Below, one piece after another: positions 16,506 to 25,849 of a DNA stretch of 49,774 nucleotides; the first letter of the stretch is position 1; every line of letters starts with the position of its first letter. The position numbers and the translations under genes are program-made. Source of the DNA: a virus (lineage: Duplodnaviria; Caudoviricetes); IMG/VR virus record IMGVR_UViG_3300022741_000072, positions 1-49,774 of that record, one strand, 5' to 3'. The notes beneath the pieces were generated by a model. The model made no database searches. It had not been told where the DNA came from and was given only the letters and a program-made list of their open reading frames with translations.

Positions 16506-17542
16506 TGGCGAAGCGTAAAACCAATCTGCGCACGGTGGCCGATGTGGTGCTCTGGTGGCTTGAGCGGCTGCTGGTCGATGTGCAGCGCTCTGGCAAGTAC
16601 AAAGACAGCATGCGCTCGATGGTGCAGCGGCACGTTATTCCAAGGGTTGGCAAAGTGTCTGTGCGCAAGCTGGATCGGGTGACGCTCGACGATAAGCTGA
16701 TCTGGCCGATGCACAACGAGGGGCTGAAGCCACGCACGGTGCAGAAGGCGGTGCAGGCGCTGCGGCAGGCCTTCGCGATGGCTGACGAGGCCGAGCACAT
16801 CGACGCCAACCCGATGGTGGGCATCACCTTCCGAAACTTCTACAAGGGCAAGCTACGGCCGAAGCCGGCTGCGTTGTCGCGGATTGATCTGCCTGCTCTG
16901 GTGCGTCGACTGGTTGAGGTGTTCAACGCCGACCCGGTGCGCGGGATGTTGCCGCTGCTGATGCTGGCTTACGGTACTCGCATCACTGAGACGCTGCTAA
17001 CGCGGTGGTCTCGGTTCTCGCTTGACGAGCGGGTGTGGTTCATCAGCGCCGCTGACCAGAAGTCGCGCCGAGAGCACCTGTTGCCGATCACGCCGCAAAT
17101 CATCGGCCTGGTAACTCGCTACCGCGCAGCACTGCCTGATGCTCGTCTGCGCGCCATGTGGATGTTCGCGGTGCGTGGCGGCGGTCGAATGGCGGACACC
17201 AGTGCCCATGCCTTGATCCGTGAGGTCAGCGAGCGTCAGTGGACGAGTCATGACCTGCGCAAGCTGATGCGCTCCAGCCTGGCGGACATTGGTATCGATT
17301 ACATGGTCGCCGAACACCTGATCAACCACAGCCTTGGCACGACCGCCGAGACGTACCTGAGCAAAGACGAGATGGATCGCCGCCGCGATGCCGTCGAGCG
17401 CTGGCATGCGCGTCTGGATGAGTGCGGTTTTACCGATGCTCACGGCGTGAATGTGGCTGCTCCTGCATTTCTACAAAACAACGCAATGCCGCTGGTGGCG
17501 GGCACTCCCGCCGATTCCTGCGTTTCTATGGGGAGAGGATGA
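16505..17542 (+). CDS. Second tyrosine recombinase (no Arm domain)
   Basis: YGTRITE, QKSRREH, SHDLRK, INHSL, TY catalytic pattern. Confidence 0.85.
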   Translation: MAKRKTNLRTVADVVLWWLERLLVDVQRSGKYKDSMRSMVQRHVIPRVGKVSVRKLDRVTLDDKLIWPMHNEGLKPRTVQKAVQALRQAFAMADEAEHIDANPMVGITFRNFYKGKLRPKPAALSRIDLPALVRRLVEVFNADPVRGMLPLLMLAYGTRITETLLTRWSRFSLDERVWFISAADQKSRREHLLPITPQIIGLVTRYRAALPDARLRAMWMFAVRGGGRMADTSAHALIREVSERQWTSHDLRKLMRSSLADIGIDYMVAEHLINHSLGTTAETYLSKDEMDRRRDAVERWHARLDECGFTDAHGVNVAAPAFLQNNAMPLVAGTPADSCVSMGRG

Positions 17543-17545
17543 AAA

Positions 17546-17794
17546 ATGCTTGGATATACGACGAAGTCTGAGGCCATCGAAGCCGGCTGCACCCACTACG
17601 GGAGTTACTACGGGATCCCGGTCTGGATGGGCGAGGTTGATTCCGAGGCACCTCTCGTGTTCGCAAAGTGGGCGCCCCTTGATCTGCTCATCTTGCCGGT
17701 ATCAATCGTCGAGGGGCTGCTATTTCTGCTGGTTCATGGCCGAGAAGCCGAACCTGTTTTCATGTTCAAGCTGCTGGGGAAGATCGAGCCATGA
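17546..17794 (+). CDS. Hypothetical phage protein
   Basis: Coupled to Q; GAGG RBS. Confidence 0.6.
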   Translation: MLGYTTKSEAIEAGCTHYGSYYGIPVWMGEVDSEAPLVFAKWAPLDLLILPVSIVEGLLFLLVHGREAEPVFMFKLLGKIEP

Positions 17795-18180
17795 AGAAGC
17801 GCGAATACACGAACAAGCCGCTTGGCGACACTGAATGGCTGTTGGAGCAATGGGGATGGTGGCGAATGGATGGTGCCGGCGTGCCGGCGTGCATCTCGCC
17901 CTTGTATGCGCTGATCCGCGACAACACCGCCTGCTGTGGCGGTATCAAGCAGTACAGTCTTCAGGACGATACGGCGTTGTTTATCGATGGGGCGGTCGCC
18001 AGGCTGTCCGCCCGCGACAAGCAGATGGGCGATTTCATCTGGCTCTACTTCGGGGCGAAGTGGCCGGCGCTGCGAATAGGTCGCCAGGCTGGGCTGGGTG
18101 AAGCCAAAGCACGCGAGGTGATTAAGGCGGGCGTCGCCTGGATCGATTGCGCCCTGGAGAACCTTCGCGAAGCGGCATGA
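17791..18180 (+). CDS. Antitermination protein Q-like
   Basis: TEWLLEQWGWW...DGAVARL...KAGVAWID; directly upstream of the late terminator and lysis genes. Confidence 0.8.
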   Translation: MKKREYTNKPLGDTEWLLEQWGWWRMDGAGVPACISPLYALIRDNTACCGGIKQYSLQDDTALFIDGAVARLSARDKQMGDFIWLYFGAKWPALRIGRQAGLGEAKAREVIKAGVAWIDCALENLREAA

Positions 18181-18260
18181 AAATAGTTCTTTCCGCGCGG
18201 ATAAGCACATGGTTTTATGGCAGCGTGTCCAGGCCAACAGCGACTGACACCTGACTTCAA

Positions 18261-18287
18261 AGCCCAGCCATCGAGCTGGGCTTTTTC
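18261..18287 (+). terminator. Late-region terminator (tR'-like)
   Basis: AGCCCAGC-CATCGA-GCTGGGCT-TTTT. Confidence 0.8.
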
Positions 18288-18411
18288 GTTTCCGCAGTGC
18301 CAGACCTGCTAAGTGCGGGTTCTTCCGTGTCTAGTAGTGGCGCTCTGATATTGAGAATTTTTCGTTGTTTTCTACTATTTCCTGTGGGCATTTTGCCCTA
18401 GGAGATAGACG

Positions 18412-18729
18412 ATGAAATTTAAGTGGATTAATGGTTGGCTCTTGGTCTCATTTCTTTTGGCTTTTGGGGATGCGTACGGAGCCCCCCAATTCAACTACTA
18501 CCTTGCAGGGTCGTCGTTTCAAGTTGATGCCACTAACTCGGAAGATAGGGCATACAGTTGCAGCATTTCGTATGTCCTGAAGTACGTCCAGCACGGTGAG
18601 GCCGGAAGCCAGAGATTCCAAAACACATTTGGCGTGAGGGGGAATTGGCAAGGTAATGTTCTACTCAACTCGACGGGTTGGGCGGCATCTACTCTCTCTT
18701 ATGAAAATGTGAATATACGGTGTAACTAG
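18412..18729 (+). CDS. Low-GC moron, predicted secreted protein
   Basis: Signal-peptide-like N-terminus MKFKWINGWLLVSFLLAFGDAYG; AT-rich; AGGAG RBS. Confidence 0.7.
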   Translation: MKFKWINGWLLVSFLLAFGDAYGAPQFNYYLAGSSFQVDATNSEDRAYSCSISYVLKYVQHGEAGSQRFQNTFGVRGNWQGNVLLNSTGWAASTLSYENVNIRCN

Positions 18730-18741
18730 CTCGATGAGCTG

Positions 18742-18770
18742 GCCCAGCCATTGCGCTGGGCTTTTCGTTT
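18742..18770 (+). terminator. Terminator, near-duplicate of 18261-18287
   Basis: GCCCAGC-CATTGC-GCTGGGC-TTTT. Confidence 0.75.
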
Positions 18771-18831
18771 TCGGGCCATGCCCAACAGACGGCTCTGATC
18801 TGAGCCGCCTCAACTGACTGGAGAATCACGC

Positions 18832-19233
18832 ATGGCAGAGCCGAGCAGCATTGCGGCGGTTGCCGTGCCTGGTGTTCTTGGTATCGGAGCTGCTGCGCTC
18901 ATCCCAGGCGTCGACCTTAATGCCGTGATCGGTGCTTGGGCAGGCGCCTTGTTCTTCGTGACTTGGGCGAGTGACCTGTCGATCTGGTCGCGCCTGGCCT
19001 ATCTGGTCGTGTCCTGGGTCGGTGGTTACTTCGTGGCAGCTGAGCTAATGGGGCGTAGCCTCACCCAGTTCTCTGGCCTGCCTGCTCTGCTCGCAGCTGC
19101 TCTAATCGTCACCGTTCTGATCAGCGTGGCCGAGTGGGTGAAGGGTGGGAAGATGCCGAGCTGGATCAGCGCCGCCCTTGGTTGGGCTCGCCACGCACTG
19201 AGCCGCCCTGGATCTGGAGGTGGCAATGGTTAG
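18832..19233 (+). CDS. Putative holin
   Basis: MAEP start, several TM segments, GVDLNAVIGAWAGA. Confidence 0.75.
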   Translation: MAEPSSIAAVAVPGVLGIGAAALIPGVDLNAVIGAWAGALFFVTWASDLSIWSRLAYLVVSWVGGYFVAAELMGRSLTQFSGLPALLAAALIVTVLISVAEWVKGGKMPSWISAALGWARHALSRPGSGGGNG

Positions 19234-19546
19234 CATCGTCGTCATCGCAGTTGGTCCCGACTACTGGACGCTTACCGCCGCCGCGATCTGTGCAGCGATC
19301 AGTGGCAGGATCGTGACGTGGTGTCCGGAGCCTAGTCAGCAGTACAAGCTAGGCCAGTCGCTGCTTGCGTGGTTCATGGCTGCTTCAACTGGTGGGTATG
19401 CCCTGCAGGTCGGTCTGTCGCCGTTCTTCAGCGACCCTGTACCCGAGACACCGCCGATGCTGGTGGCCATCCTGCTGGTGGTCATGGTTCAGGTCTACCG
19501 GGCACGCGGCAATGTCGCTGCGTTCTTGCGTGTGGATTGGGGCTGA
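19226..19546 (+). CDS. Phage holin-family membrane protein
   Basis: Three TM segments, C-terminal RARGNVAA. Confidence 0.7.
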   Translation: MVSIVVIAVGPDYWTLTAAAICAAISGRIVTWCPEPSQQYKLGQSLLAWFMAASTGGYALQVGLSPFFSDPVPETPPMLVAILLVVMVQVYRARGNVAAFLRVDWG

Positions 19547-19729
19547 TCGCCGGTCAAGCAGTTACGCACCGGTTTGGCGCGAGGGTGGCGGGGCCCCTGG
19601 GCACCACCCGGCCCCGCGGGGGAGGCGTTGAGCCGCGCGGTAACAGACAATTTTTCGATTTTCTAATGCTCCACCACAGCCCTTGTCGGAGATAGGCGCC
19701 AGGCCGCGTGGCTGCTGGGCTGCGTAGGA

Positions 19730-20254
19730 GTGCCCATGGTTGCGACCCTTGTACATTCCGGGCCGCGATTGTGGTCTATCAATGCACTAGCTGAAGAGTT
19801 CGGCATTGACCGCCGAACAGTGAAGAAGCGTGTCGACGGAATCCCTCCAGCGGGTGAGGTGAATGGCCATCCGGCGTGGCGACTTCGCGACGTAGCCGTG
19901 GCGGTAATGGGGCCGCAGGCATCGGTGACTATTGGCGGCCTGGCTCCTGACGAACTACCGCCTAAGGATCGGCTCGACCACTACCGCGCCGAGCGTGAAA
20001 AGATCAAATGGCAGGCCGAGGAGCGCATCAGCATCCCGGCGCCGGAGGTCGAGGCGGTGGTCGCCAGCGCATTCAAGGCGCTGAGCCAGGGCCTGGACAC
20101 CATCCCTGACGTGCTCGAGAACGACTGCGCCCTCGGTGCAGCAGAGGTAGAGCGCACGATCGAAGTTATCGACGGCATCCGTGAAGGCCTGTATCAGCAA
20201 CTGCTGGAGGTGTGCGGAGGTATGGAGCAAGACGATGCACGCGAATCCGGCTGA
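19730..20254 (+). CDS. Terminase small subunit (DUF1441/Nu1-like)
   Basis: WSINALAEEFGIDRRTVKKR HTH; PPKDRLDHYRAERE; LDTIPDVLE. Confidence 0.85.
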   Translation: MPMVATLVHSGPRLWSINALAEEFGIDRRTVKKRVDGIPPAGEVNGHPAWRLRDVAVAVMGPQASVTIGGLAPDELPPKDRLDHYRAEREKIKWQAEERISIPAPEVEAVVASAFKALSQGLDTIPDVLENDCALGAAEVERTIEVIDGIREGLYQQLLEVCGGMEQDDARESG

Positions 20255-22343
20255 TATCGTCCGCAACATCGCTGAATTGATCCGCCCGCCGCGCCGCATT
20301 TCGGTCAGTGCTGCGGCCGAAGATTACCTAGTGCTCAATGAGCCGGGCGGGTATCAGGGCAAATTCACGCTATCAGTCGCGCCATACATGCGCGAGCCGC
20401 TCGACCTGAAAGCTAGTCGCCGTTTTGAAGGCGTGGTGTTTGTTGGCCCGGCTCGGTCGCTGAAGACCCAGGCCCTGATCGATGGTGGTATGGCCTACAC
20501 CGTGACGTGCGACCCTGGCGACGCACTGATCGTGCAGATGAGTCAGGAGGCAGCGCGCGATTTCTCACGCACACGTGTAGACCGTGCGATTCGCTACAGC
20601 CCAGAGATCAAGTCGCGGCTGTCGACCGGACGAGCGGACGACAACGTCTATGACAAGTTCTTCAAGAGTGGTCAGGTACTGAAGATCGGCTGGCCGGCGG
20701 TCTCGCAGGTCTCCTCGAAGTCTATCCGCTGGGTGGACATTACAGACTACGACCGCATTCCAGATGACATCGAGGGCGAGGGTAGCCTTTGGTCGCTCGC
20801 CTTGAAGCGAACACAGACGTTCAAGTCGCGTGGTATGTGCTGCGCCGAGTCGTCGCCTGGCCGAGAAGTGAAGGATCCGACCTGGCGCAAGCAGACCCCG
20901 CACGAGGCTCCACCTTGTACTGGCATCATCGGCTTGTACAACACTGGCGACCGCCGCCGCTGGTACTGGGCGTGCCCAAGCTGCGGTGAGTTCAGCGAGC
21001 CGGAGCCCGGCATCGGTTCGTTCGCACTGCCTAGCTTCGAGGAGCTGAAAGAAACGATCCGCGGCGCTGATCTGATGCAGTTGGCGCGGCGAAGCGCGTT
21101 CTTCGCATGCCCGCATTGTGGAGACCTGATCACCGAGCGCCACAAGCGCGAGATGAACAAGAGCGGGCTCTGGCTGATTGAGGGCCAGAGTGTTGATAAA
21201 AACCGCCAGGTAACTGGTACGCCTCGCGAGAGCAAGGTCGCCAGCTTCTGGCTGGGCGGCCAGGCCGCAGCGTTCCAGAGTTGGGAGTCGATCTGCCTGC
21301 GCTACCTCGAGGGCGTGCATGCGTATGTCACCACGGGCGACGAAACCAAACTGCAGGGCACGACGAATCTCGACCAGGGTGCGCCCTACATGCCTCAGCG
21401 ATCCGGGGCGGTTCGGTCTGCTGATGTGCTTATCGATCGCCGAGAGGAGGTCATCAAGCACCAGGTGCCTGAAGGTGTCAGGTTCATGGTCGCGTCAGTC
21501 GACGTGCAGGCCGGTGGCAAGCCAAGGTTTGTCGTGCAGGTGCATGGCTATGGCGTAGGCGGCGAAGAGTGGGTGGTCGACCGCTACAACATCCGGAACA
21601 GCAAGCGCAAAAACGACGATGGCGAAGAGCTCCCTATCGACCCATCTGCCTACCTGGAAGACTGGGAAGCGCTTGTAACGGATGTGATGCAGAAGGCTTA
21701 CCCGCTTTCGGATAACAGCGGCCGCGCGATGCTACCGGCCATTGTTGTGTGCGACTCCGGCGGTAAGGCGGGCGTGACCGAGAAGGCCTACGACTTCTAT
21801 CGGAAGCTGAAGCGCCGCGGGCTGCATCGCAGCTTCATGTTGATCAAGGGCGGCAGCCAAGCTAATGCCCCGCGTATCCGCGAGAGTTATCCGGACAGCG
21901 AGCGCAAGGATCGCAAGGCGAAAGCGCGAGGTGAGATTCCTGTGTTCATGCTGAACACGAACCTGCTGAAGGATGCCGTAAACAACGCGCTGCAGAGAGA
22001 CAAGCCTGGGCCCGGCTACGTTCACACCCCGGAATGGCTTGGCGAATGGTGGTTCGAAGAACTCACCTTTGAGGTGCGCACCCAGCGTGGCTGGGAGAAG
22101 CCAAGCAAGGGCGCCAACGAGGCCTTTGACCTCTGCTGCTATGCACTGGCCGGGGCGATAAAGCTCGGCATTGAAACAGTCGACTGGGCAAGGCCTAAGC
22201 CTTTCGCCAGGGCGTGGGATGAAAACCCGTTCGTACACCAGGTGGAAACCGTGGCTGTTGTCCTGCCGCGAGCAGTAGAAGCCGCTAAACCCACACCCAA
22301 GAAAACCGCCACCCGGCGGGTGCGCATGCAGGTATCACGCTGA
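20235..22343 (+). CDS. Terminase large subunit (lambda GpA family)
   Basis: PYMREP, GPARSLKT Walker A-like, TDYDR, ESSPG, CPSC/CPHC, SVDVQ, DSGG, NEAFDL. Confidence 0.93.
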   Translation: MHANPADIVRNIAELIRPPRRISVSAAAEDYLVLNEPGGYQGKFTLSVAPYMREPLDLKASRRFEGVVFVGPARSLKTQALIDGGMAYTVTCDPGDALIVQMSQEAARDFSRTRVDRAIRYSPEIKSRLSTGRADDNVYDKFFKSGQVLKIGWPAVSQVSSKSIRWVDITDYDRIPDDIEGEGSLWSLALKRTQTFKSRGMCCAESSPGREVKDPTWRKQTPHEAPPCTGIIGLYNTGDRRRWYWACPSCGEFSEPEPGIGSFALPSFEELKETIRGADLMQLARRSAFFACPHCGDLITERHKREMNKSGLWLIEGQSVDKNRQVTGTPRESKVASFWLGGQAAAFQSWESICLRYLEGVHAYVTTGDETKLQGTTNLDQGAPYMPQRSGAVRSADVLIDRREEVIKHQVPEGVRFMVASVDVQAGGKPRFVVQVHGYGVGGEEWVVDRYNIRNSKRKNDDGEELPIDPSAYLEDWEALVTDVMQKAYPLSDNSGRAMLPAIVVCDSGGKAGVTEKAYDFYRKLKRRGLHRSFMLIKGGSQANAPRIRESYPDSERKDRKAKARGEIPVFMLNTNLLKDAVNNALQRDKPGPGYVHTPEWLGEWWFEELTFEVRTQRGWEKPSKGANEAFDLCCYALAGAIKLGIETVDWARPKPFARAWDENPFVHQVETVAVVLPRAVEAAKPTPKKTATRRVRMQVSR

Positions 22344-22573
22344 TGGCTTACACCCAGGCACAACTCGATCAGGTCGAGCAGGCAATCGTCGACCTTGCGC
22401 GCGGAGAGCGTGTCGTCGAGGTGCGCTTCGGCCCAGGCGACTCCACTCGCTATGCGACTGCAGAACTGCCGCAACTGATCGAACTGCGTGATCGGATGAA
22501 GTCCGAGATTCTGGCCGCCGGCAAGGGGCGCCGCATCCGCGGCTTCCGACTGAACCACAACAGGGGGCTGTGA
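22343..22573 (+). CDS. Head-tail joining protein gpW-like
   Basis: Small protein between terminase and portal; LARGERVVEVR...Y. Confidence 0.75.
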   Translation: MAYTQAQLDQVEQAIVDLARGERVVEVRFGPGDSTRYATAELPQLIELRDRMKSEILAAGKGRRIRGFRLNHNRGL

Positions 22574-24042
22574 TGGATTACGAAACGCTCTCTGCGCGTG
22601 GCTTCCAGATCGGCGGCCGTCCGCTCGGTGCTGATGCCAGCTATGACGCGGCCTCTACTGGGCGCCGCCTCAAAAACTGGCAACCGGGATCACCTGGGCC
22701 GACTCGCGCTGCTGTCAGTCAGCTGACTACCGTGCGTGCTCGATCGCGTGATGCGGTGCGAAACAATGGCTGGATCAGCAACGGCGTTGGCAACTGGGTA
22801 TCGAACGAGGTCGGAACTGGTGTAAAGCCGCGCTCGTCTGCTCCAGACAAGGCGTTTGCCGACGAAGCCAACAAGCTGTGGGAGTTGTGCGCCAAAGAGT
22901 TGGACTACGACGAGCAGCTCGATGTGTACGGCCTGATGGCGATGGCTGTTCGCAGCCGGAAAGAGGCTGGTGAGTGCTTCGTGAAGATTCATCACCTCGG
23001 CCTGGATAGCGGCAACCTGCTACCGATTCAGTTCCAGATCATCGAAGGTGAGCAGGTGCCGCACACTCTCAACGAAACCCGGGCTGATCGCGAGATCATC
23101 GCAGGTGTGGAGTTCAGGGCTGGCAAGCGCACGGCATACTGGATGCACCCGCGCCACCCCAACGATAGCGCGGCACTGATCAACAACACGCCAATTGCTG
23201 TTGCGGCTCGCGACGTCATCCACCACTTTGCGCCGCTGCGTGCTGGCCAGGTGCGCGGCGTGGCCGAGACCGTGCAGGCACTGATCAAGGCCAAGGACTT
23301 CGATGAGTACGACGACGCCGAGCTGACCCGAAAGAAAACGCGGGCTGACTACACTGGAGTTATCAAGCGGCAGAGCTTCGAAGAGTCTGACTGGGAGTTT
23401 GATCCCTTCACCGGTGATCCGCTCGAGCGAGACGGCAACAGCGCCGTAGTTAACATGCAGCCTGGTACCTTCCCGGCGCTGCTGCCCGGCGAGGAGATTC
23501 AGCTGTTTGATGGCGACCAGGGTGGTGGCTACGGCGACTACATGCGGCAGCAGCTCATGGGCGTGGCAGCGTCGCTGGGCGGTATCCCGTACGAGCTGCT
23601 TTCCGGCGACATGCGCAACGTCAACGACCGCATCCTACGGGCGATCCTTAACGAGTATCACCGCCGCATCGAGCAGAGCCAGTGGCTGTACACCATCCCT
23701 CAGCTCTGCCAGGGCATGTGGAATGCGTTCATCGACGCGGCTGTGCTGGCTGGCCTGCTCAAGGCGCCGGACTACGCCGAGAGGCGCCGTGAATACCTGC
23801 GTTGCGACTGGCGCCCACATGCCTGGGCCTACCTGCACCCCGTGCAGGACATTCAGGGCAAGCTGATGGAAATCGGCGGCGGCGTGAACTCCCGCCAAGC
23901 AGTGGTGGCCGCCCGCGGCTACGACGTGGAAGAGGTCGACGCCCAGAACGCTGCTGATACCGCGCGAGCCCGAGAGATGGGGCTCAGTTACACCCATGAC
24001 CCCGTCCCCATCAAGGATGACGAGCCAGAGAGCAACCAATAG
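22570..24042 (+). CDS. Portal protein (lambda gpB family)
   Basis: RARSRDAVRNN, GECF, GVEF, RAGQVRG, PYELLSGD. Confidence 0.92.
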   Translation: MMDYETLSARGFQIGGRPLGADASYDAASTGRRLKNWQPGSPGPTRAAVSQLTTVRARSRDAVRNNGWISNGVGNWVSNEVGTGVKPRSSAPDKAFADEANKLWELCAKELDYDEQLDVYGLMAMAVRSRKEAGECFVKIHHLGLDSGNLLPIQFQIIEGEQVPHTLNETRADREIIAGVEFRAGKRTAYWMHPRHPNDSAALINNTPIAVAARDVIHHFAPLRAGQVRGVAETVQALIKAKDFDEYDDAELTRKKTRADYTGVIKRQSFEESDWEFDPFTGDPLERDGNSAVVNMQPGTFPALLPGEEIQLFDGDQGGGYGDYMRQQLMGVAASLGGIPYELLSGDMRNVNDRILRAILNEYHRRIEQSQWLYTIPQLCQGMWNAFIDAAVLAGLLKAPDYAERRREYLRCDWRPHAWAYLHPVQDIQGKLMEIGGGVNSRQAVVAARGYDVEEVDAQNAADTARAREMGLSYTHDPVPIKDDEPESNQ

Positions 24043-24064
24043 AGCCCGCGAAAGCGGGCTCTTT
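24041..24064 (+). terminator. Hairpin/terminator after portal
   Basis: AGAGCCCGC-GAAA-GCGGGCTCT-TT. Confidence 0.55.
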
Positions 24065-24081
24065 CATTTCCGGAGCACCCC

Positions 24082-25434
24082 ATGCAGAAACCAACCAACA
24101 TCCTGGCTCGGCTGTTTAGTCGCGGCCAGGGCGGCCCGCTGGTGTCGCAGATCTACAGCCGCGTCATCAACCGGCCACTGCTGGTTGAACCCGGCATGGC
24201 TGAAACCCTGATCGACGGCTGGCTCCGCGGCGGCGTGGATGCCGGGCAGGGCGGCGAGCCCCGCCAGGTGATGGAGAAGGTCGGCAACATTGCGGTGCTG
24301 GATGTATCCGGCCCGCTGATCGCTCGTGCCGTTGAGGATCCGGCGTGCGGTACCGCCCCGGTTAGCTACGAGAACCTGATGCTGGCTTTCGATGACATCG
24401 AGGCGGACGCCAATATCACCCACGTGGTGATTCGCCTGCAGACGCCTGGCGGCGAGGCGTCTCAATTGTTCGACCTGAGCGATCGAATGGCCGGCATGCG
24501 CGGCAGCAAGACGCTGATCGCCATGGTGGACGACTACGCCTATTCCGGCGGCTACGGCATCGCTGCGGCCTGTTCCGAGATCTGGGTTACCCGTACTGGC
24601 GGTGTCGGCAGCGTTGGCGTGGTGATCGGCCACAAGGATGTCTCCGAGCAGAACGCCCAGAAGGGTGTCCGCTGGACGTATGTGCACTCCGGCGCCATGA
24701 AGGTGGCCGGCAACCCCAACGAGCCGCTGAGCGAAGAAGCCCGCGCCTTCATGCAGGCTGAGTCGGATCGTATCTACGACCTGTTCGCCGGCAGCGTCGC
24801 GGCCTATCGCGGCATGGATCTGGAAGCGGTCAAGGCTACCGAGGCCGGGTTGTTCTTCGGCCAGCAGGCCATCGATATCGGCCTGGCTGACCACGTTGGC
24901 ACCTTCCGCGAGCTGATGACTGAACTGCAGGGCGGCCGCTACGTGCGCAAGCGTGCTCATACCCCGGCGACCACAAGCACCACCGTTGAGGGCGCCGATC
25001 TGGCGCCGGCTGTCGATGCTGACCTGCAGGGCGATGACACGCAAGACCAGCCAGCTGTTGATGATCCGGCGGCCGATCAGGCGCCAGCCGATGATCCGCT
25101 CGATGCAGCCGCCATCGCCGAGCACTGCCTGGCCAACAACATGGCCGGCCTCACTGCAACTGGCATTCGCGAGCAGTGGACGCTGAGCCAGATGGAGGCA
25201 GCCACGACCCGTGTGAGCGAGGTGCGCAACCTGTGCGCCGCCGCCGGGATGCCGAAGCTGGCGGACGACTACATCAAGGCGGGCACTGGCGTGGAGGTCG
25301 TTCGGCAGGAACTGGCCAGCCGCCTCAGCGCCGGCCCGCACCTGAGCAACCGCCAGTCGGCGGGCAACCGCGAGGCACCTAGCCCCGCTTCCAACTACGC
25401 GGCCATTTACGCCAATCGCCGCAACGCGAGGTAA
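24082..25434 (+). CDS. Prohead protease/scaffold (S49, lambda gpC-like)
   Basis: QTPGGE, AYSGGYGIA, GGVGSVGV, GLADHVG; acidic C-terminal scaffold region. Confidence 0.9.
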   Translation: MQKPTNILARLFSRGQGGPLVSQIYSRVINRPLLVEPGMAETLIDGWLRGGVDAGQGGEPRQVMEKVGNIAVLDVSGPLIARAVEDPACGTAPVSYENLMLAFDDIEADANITHVVIRLQTPGGEASQLFDLSDRMAGMRGSKTLIAMVDDYAYSGGYGIAAACSEIWVTRTGGVGSVGVVIGHKDVSEQNAQKGVRWTYVHSGAMKVAGNPNEPLSEEARAFMQAESDRIYDLFAGSVAAYRGMDLEAVKATEAGLFFGQQAIDIGLADHVGTFRELMTELQGGRYVRKRAHTPATTSTTVEGADLAPAVDADLQGDDTQDQPAVDDPAADQAPADDPLDAAAIAEHCLANNMAGLTATGIREQWTLSQMEAATTRVSEVRNLCAAAGMPKLADDYIKAGTGVEVVRQELASRLSAGPHLSNRQSAGNREAPSPASNYAAIYANRRNAR

Positions 25435-25438
25435 CTCC

Positions 25439-25807
25439 ATGAGCGTTAAAACCGAAACCCGTCGCGTTGGCGACTTCATGCTGAGCGAGGCCAACGGCAC
25501 GCTCAGCCGCGAAAACATCGTGGTCGCACTCGGCACCCATGTGCCGGGCACCGTGCTGGGCAAGATCACCGCCGTCGGTGCGGATCAGGGCAAGTTCGTG
25601 GCGCTCGACCCCGCCGGCGAAGACGGCAGCGAAGTGGCGGCCGCGATTCTCTACGGCCATGCCAATGGCACCGATGTACCTGGCGTTGGGATCACTCGCC
25701 TCGCCGAGGTGCGCGCTGACCTGCTTGTCTGGCCGGTCGGTATCTCCGAAGCCAATAAAACCGCAGCGCTCTCGGCCCTGGCCGTCAGCCATCTTGTGGC
25801 GCGCTGA
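25439..25807 (+). CDS. Head decoration protein (gpD-like)
   Basis: SRENI...GTVLGKIT...DGSEVAAAIL; between protease and capsid. Confidence 0.85.
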   Translation: MSVKTETRRVGDFMLSEANGTLSRENIVVALGTHVPGTVLGKITAVGADQGKFVALDPAGEDGSEVAAAILYGHANGTDVPGVGITRLAEVRADLLVWPVGISEANKTAALSALAVSHLVAR

Positions 25808-25849
25808 GCGCCCATCAGCACCGAACCGGCCTGACCATAGGAGAAAGCC

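Noticed and set aside
19547-19729. cos site
   Set aside because: The position before the small terminase is plausible, but I could not identify cosN or cosB from the sequence.
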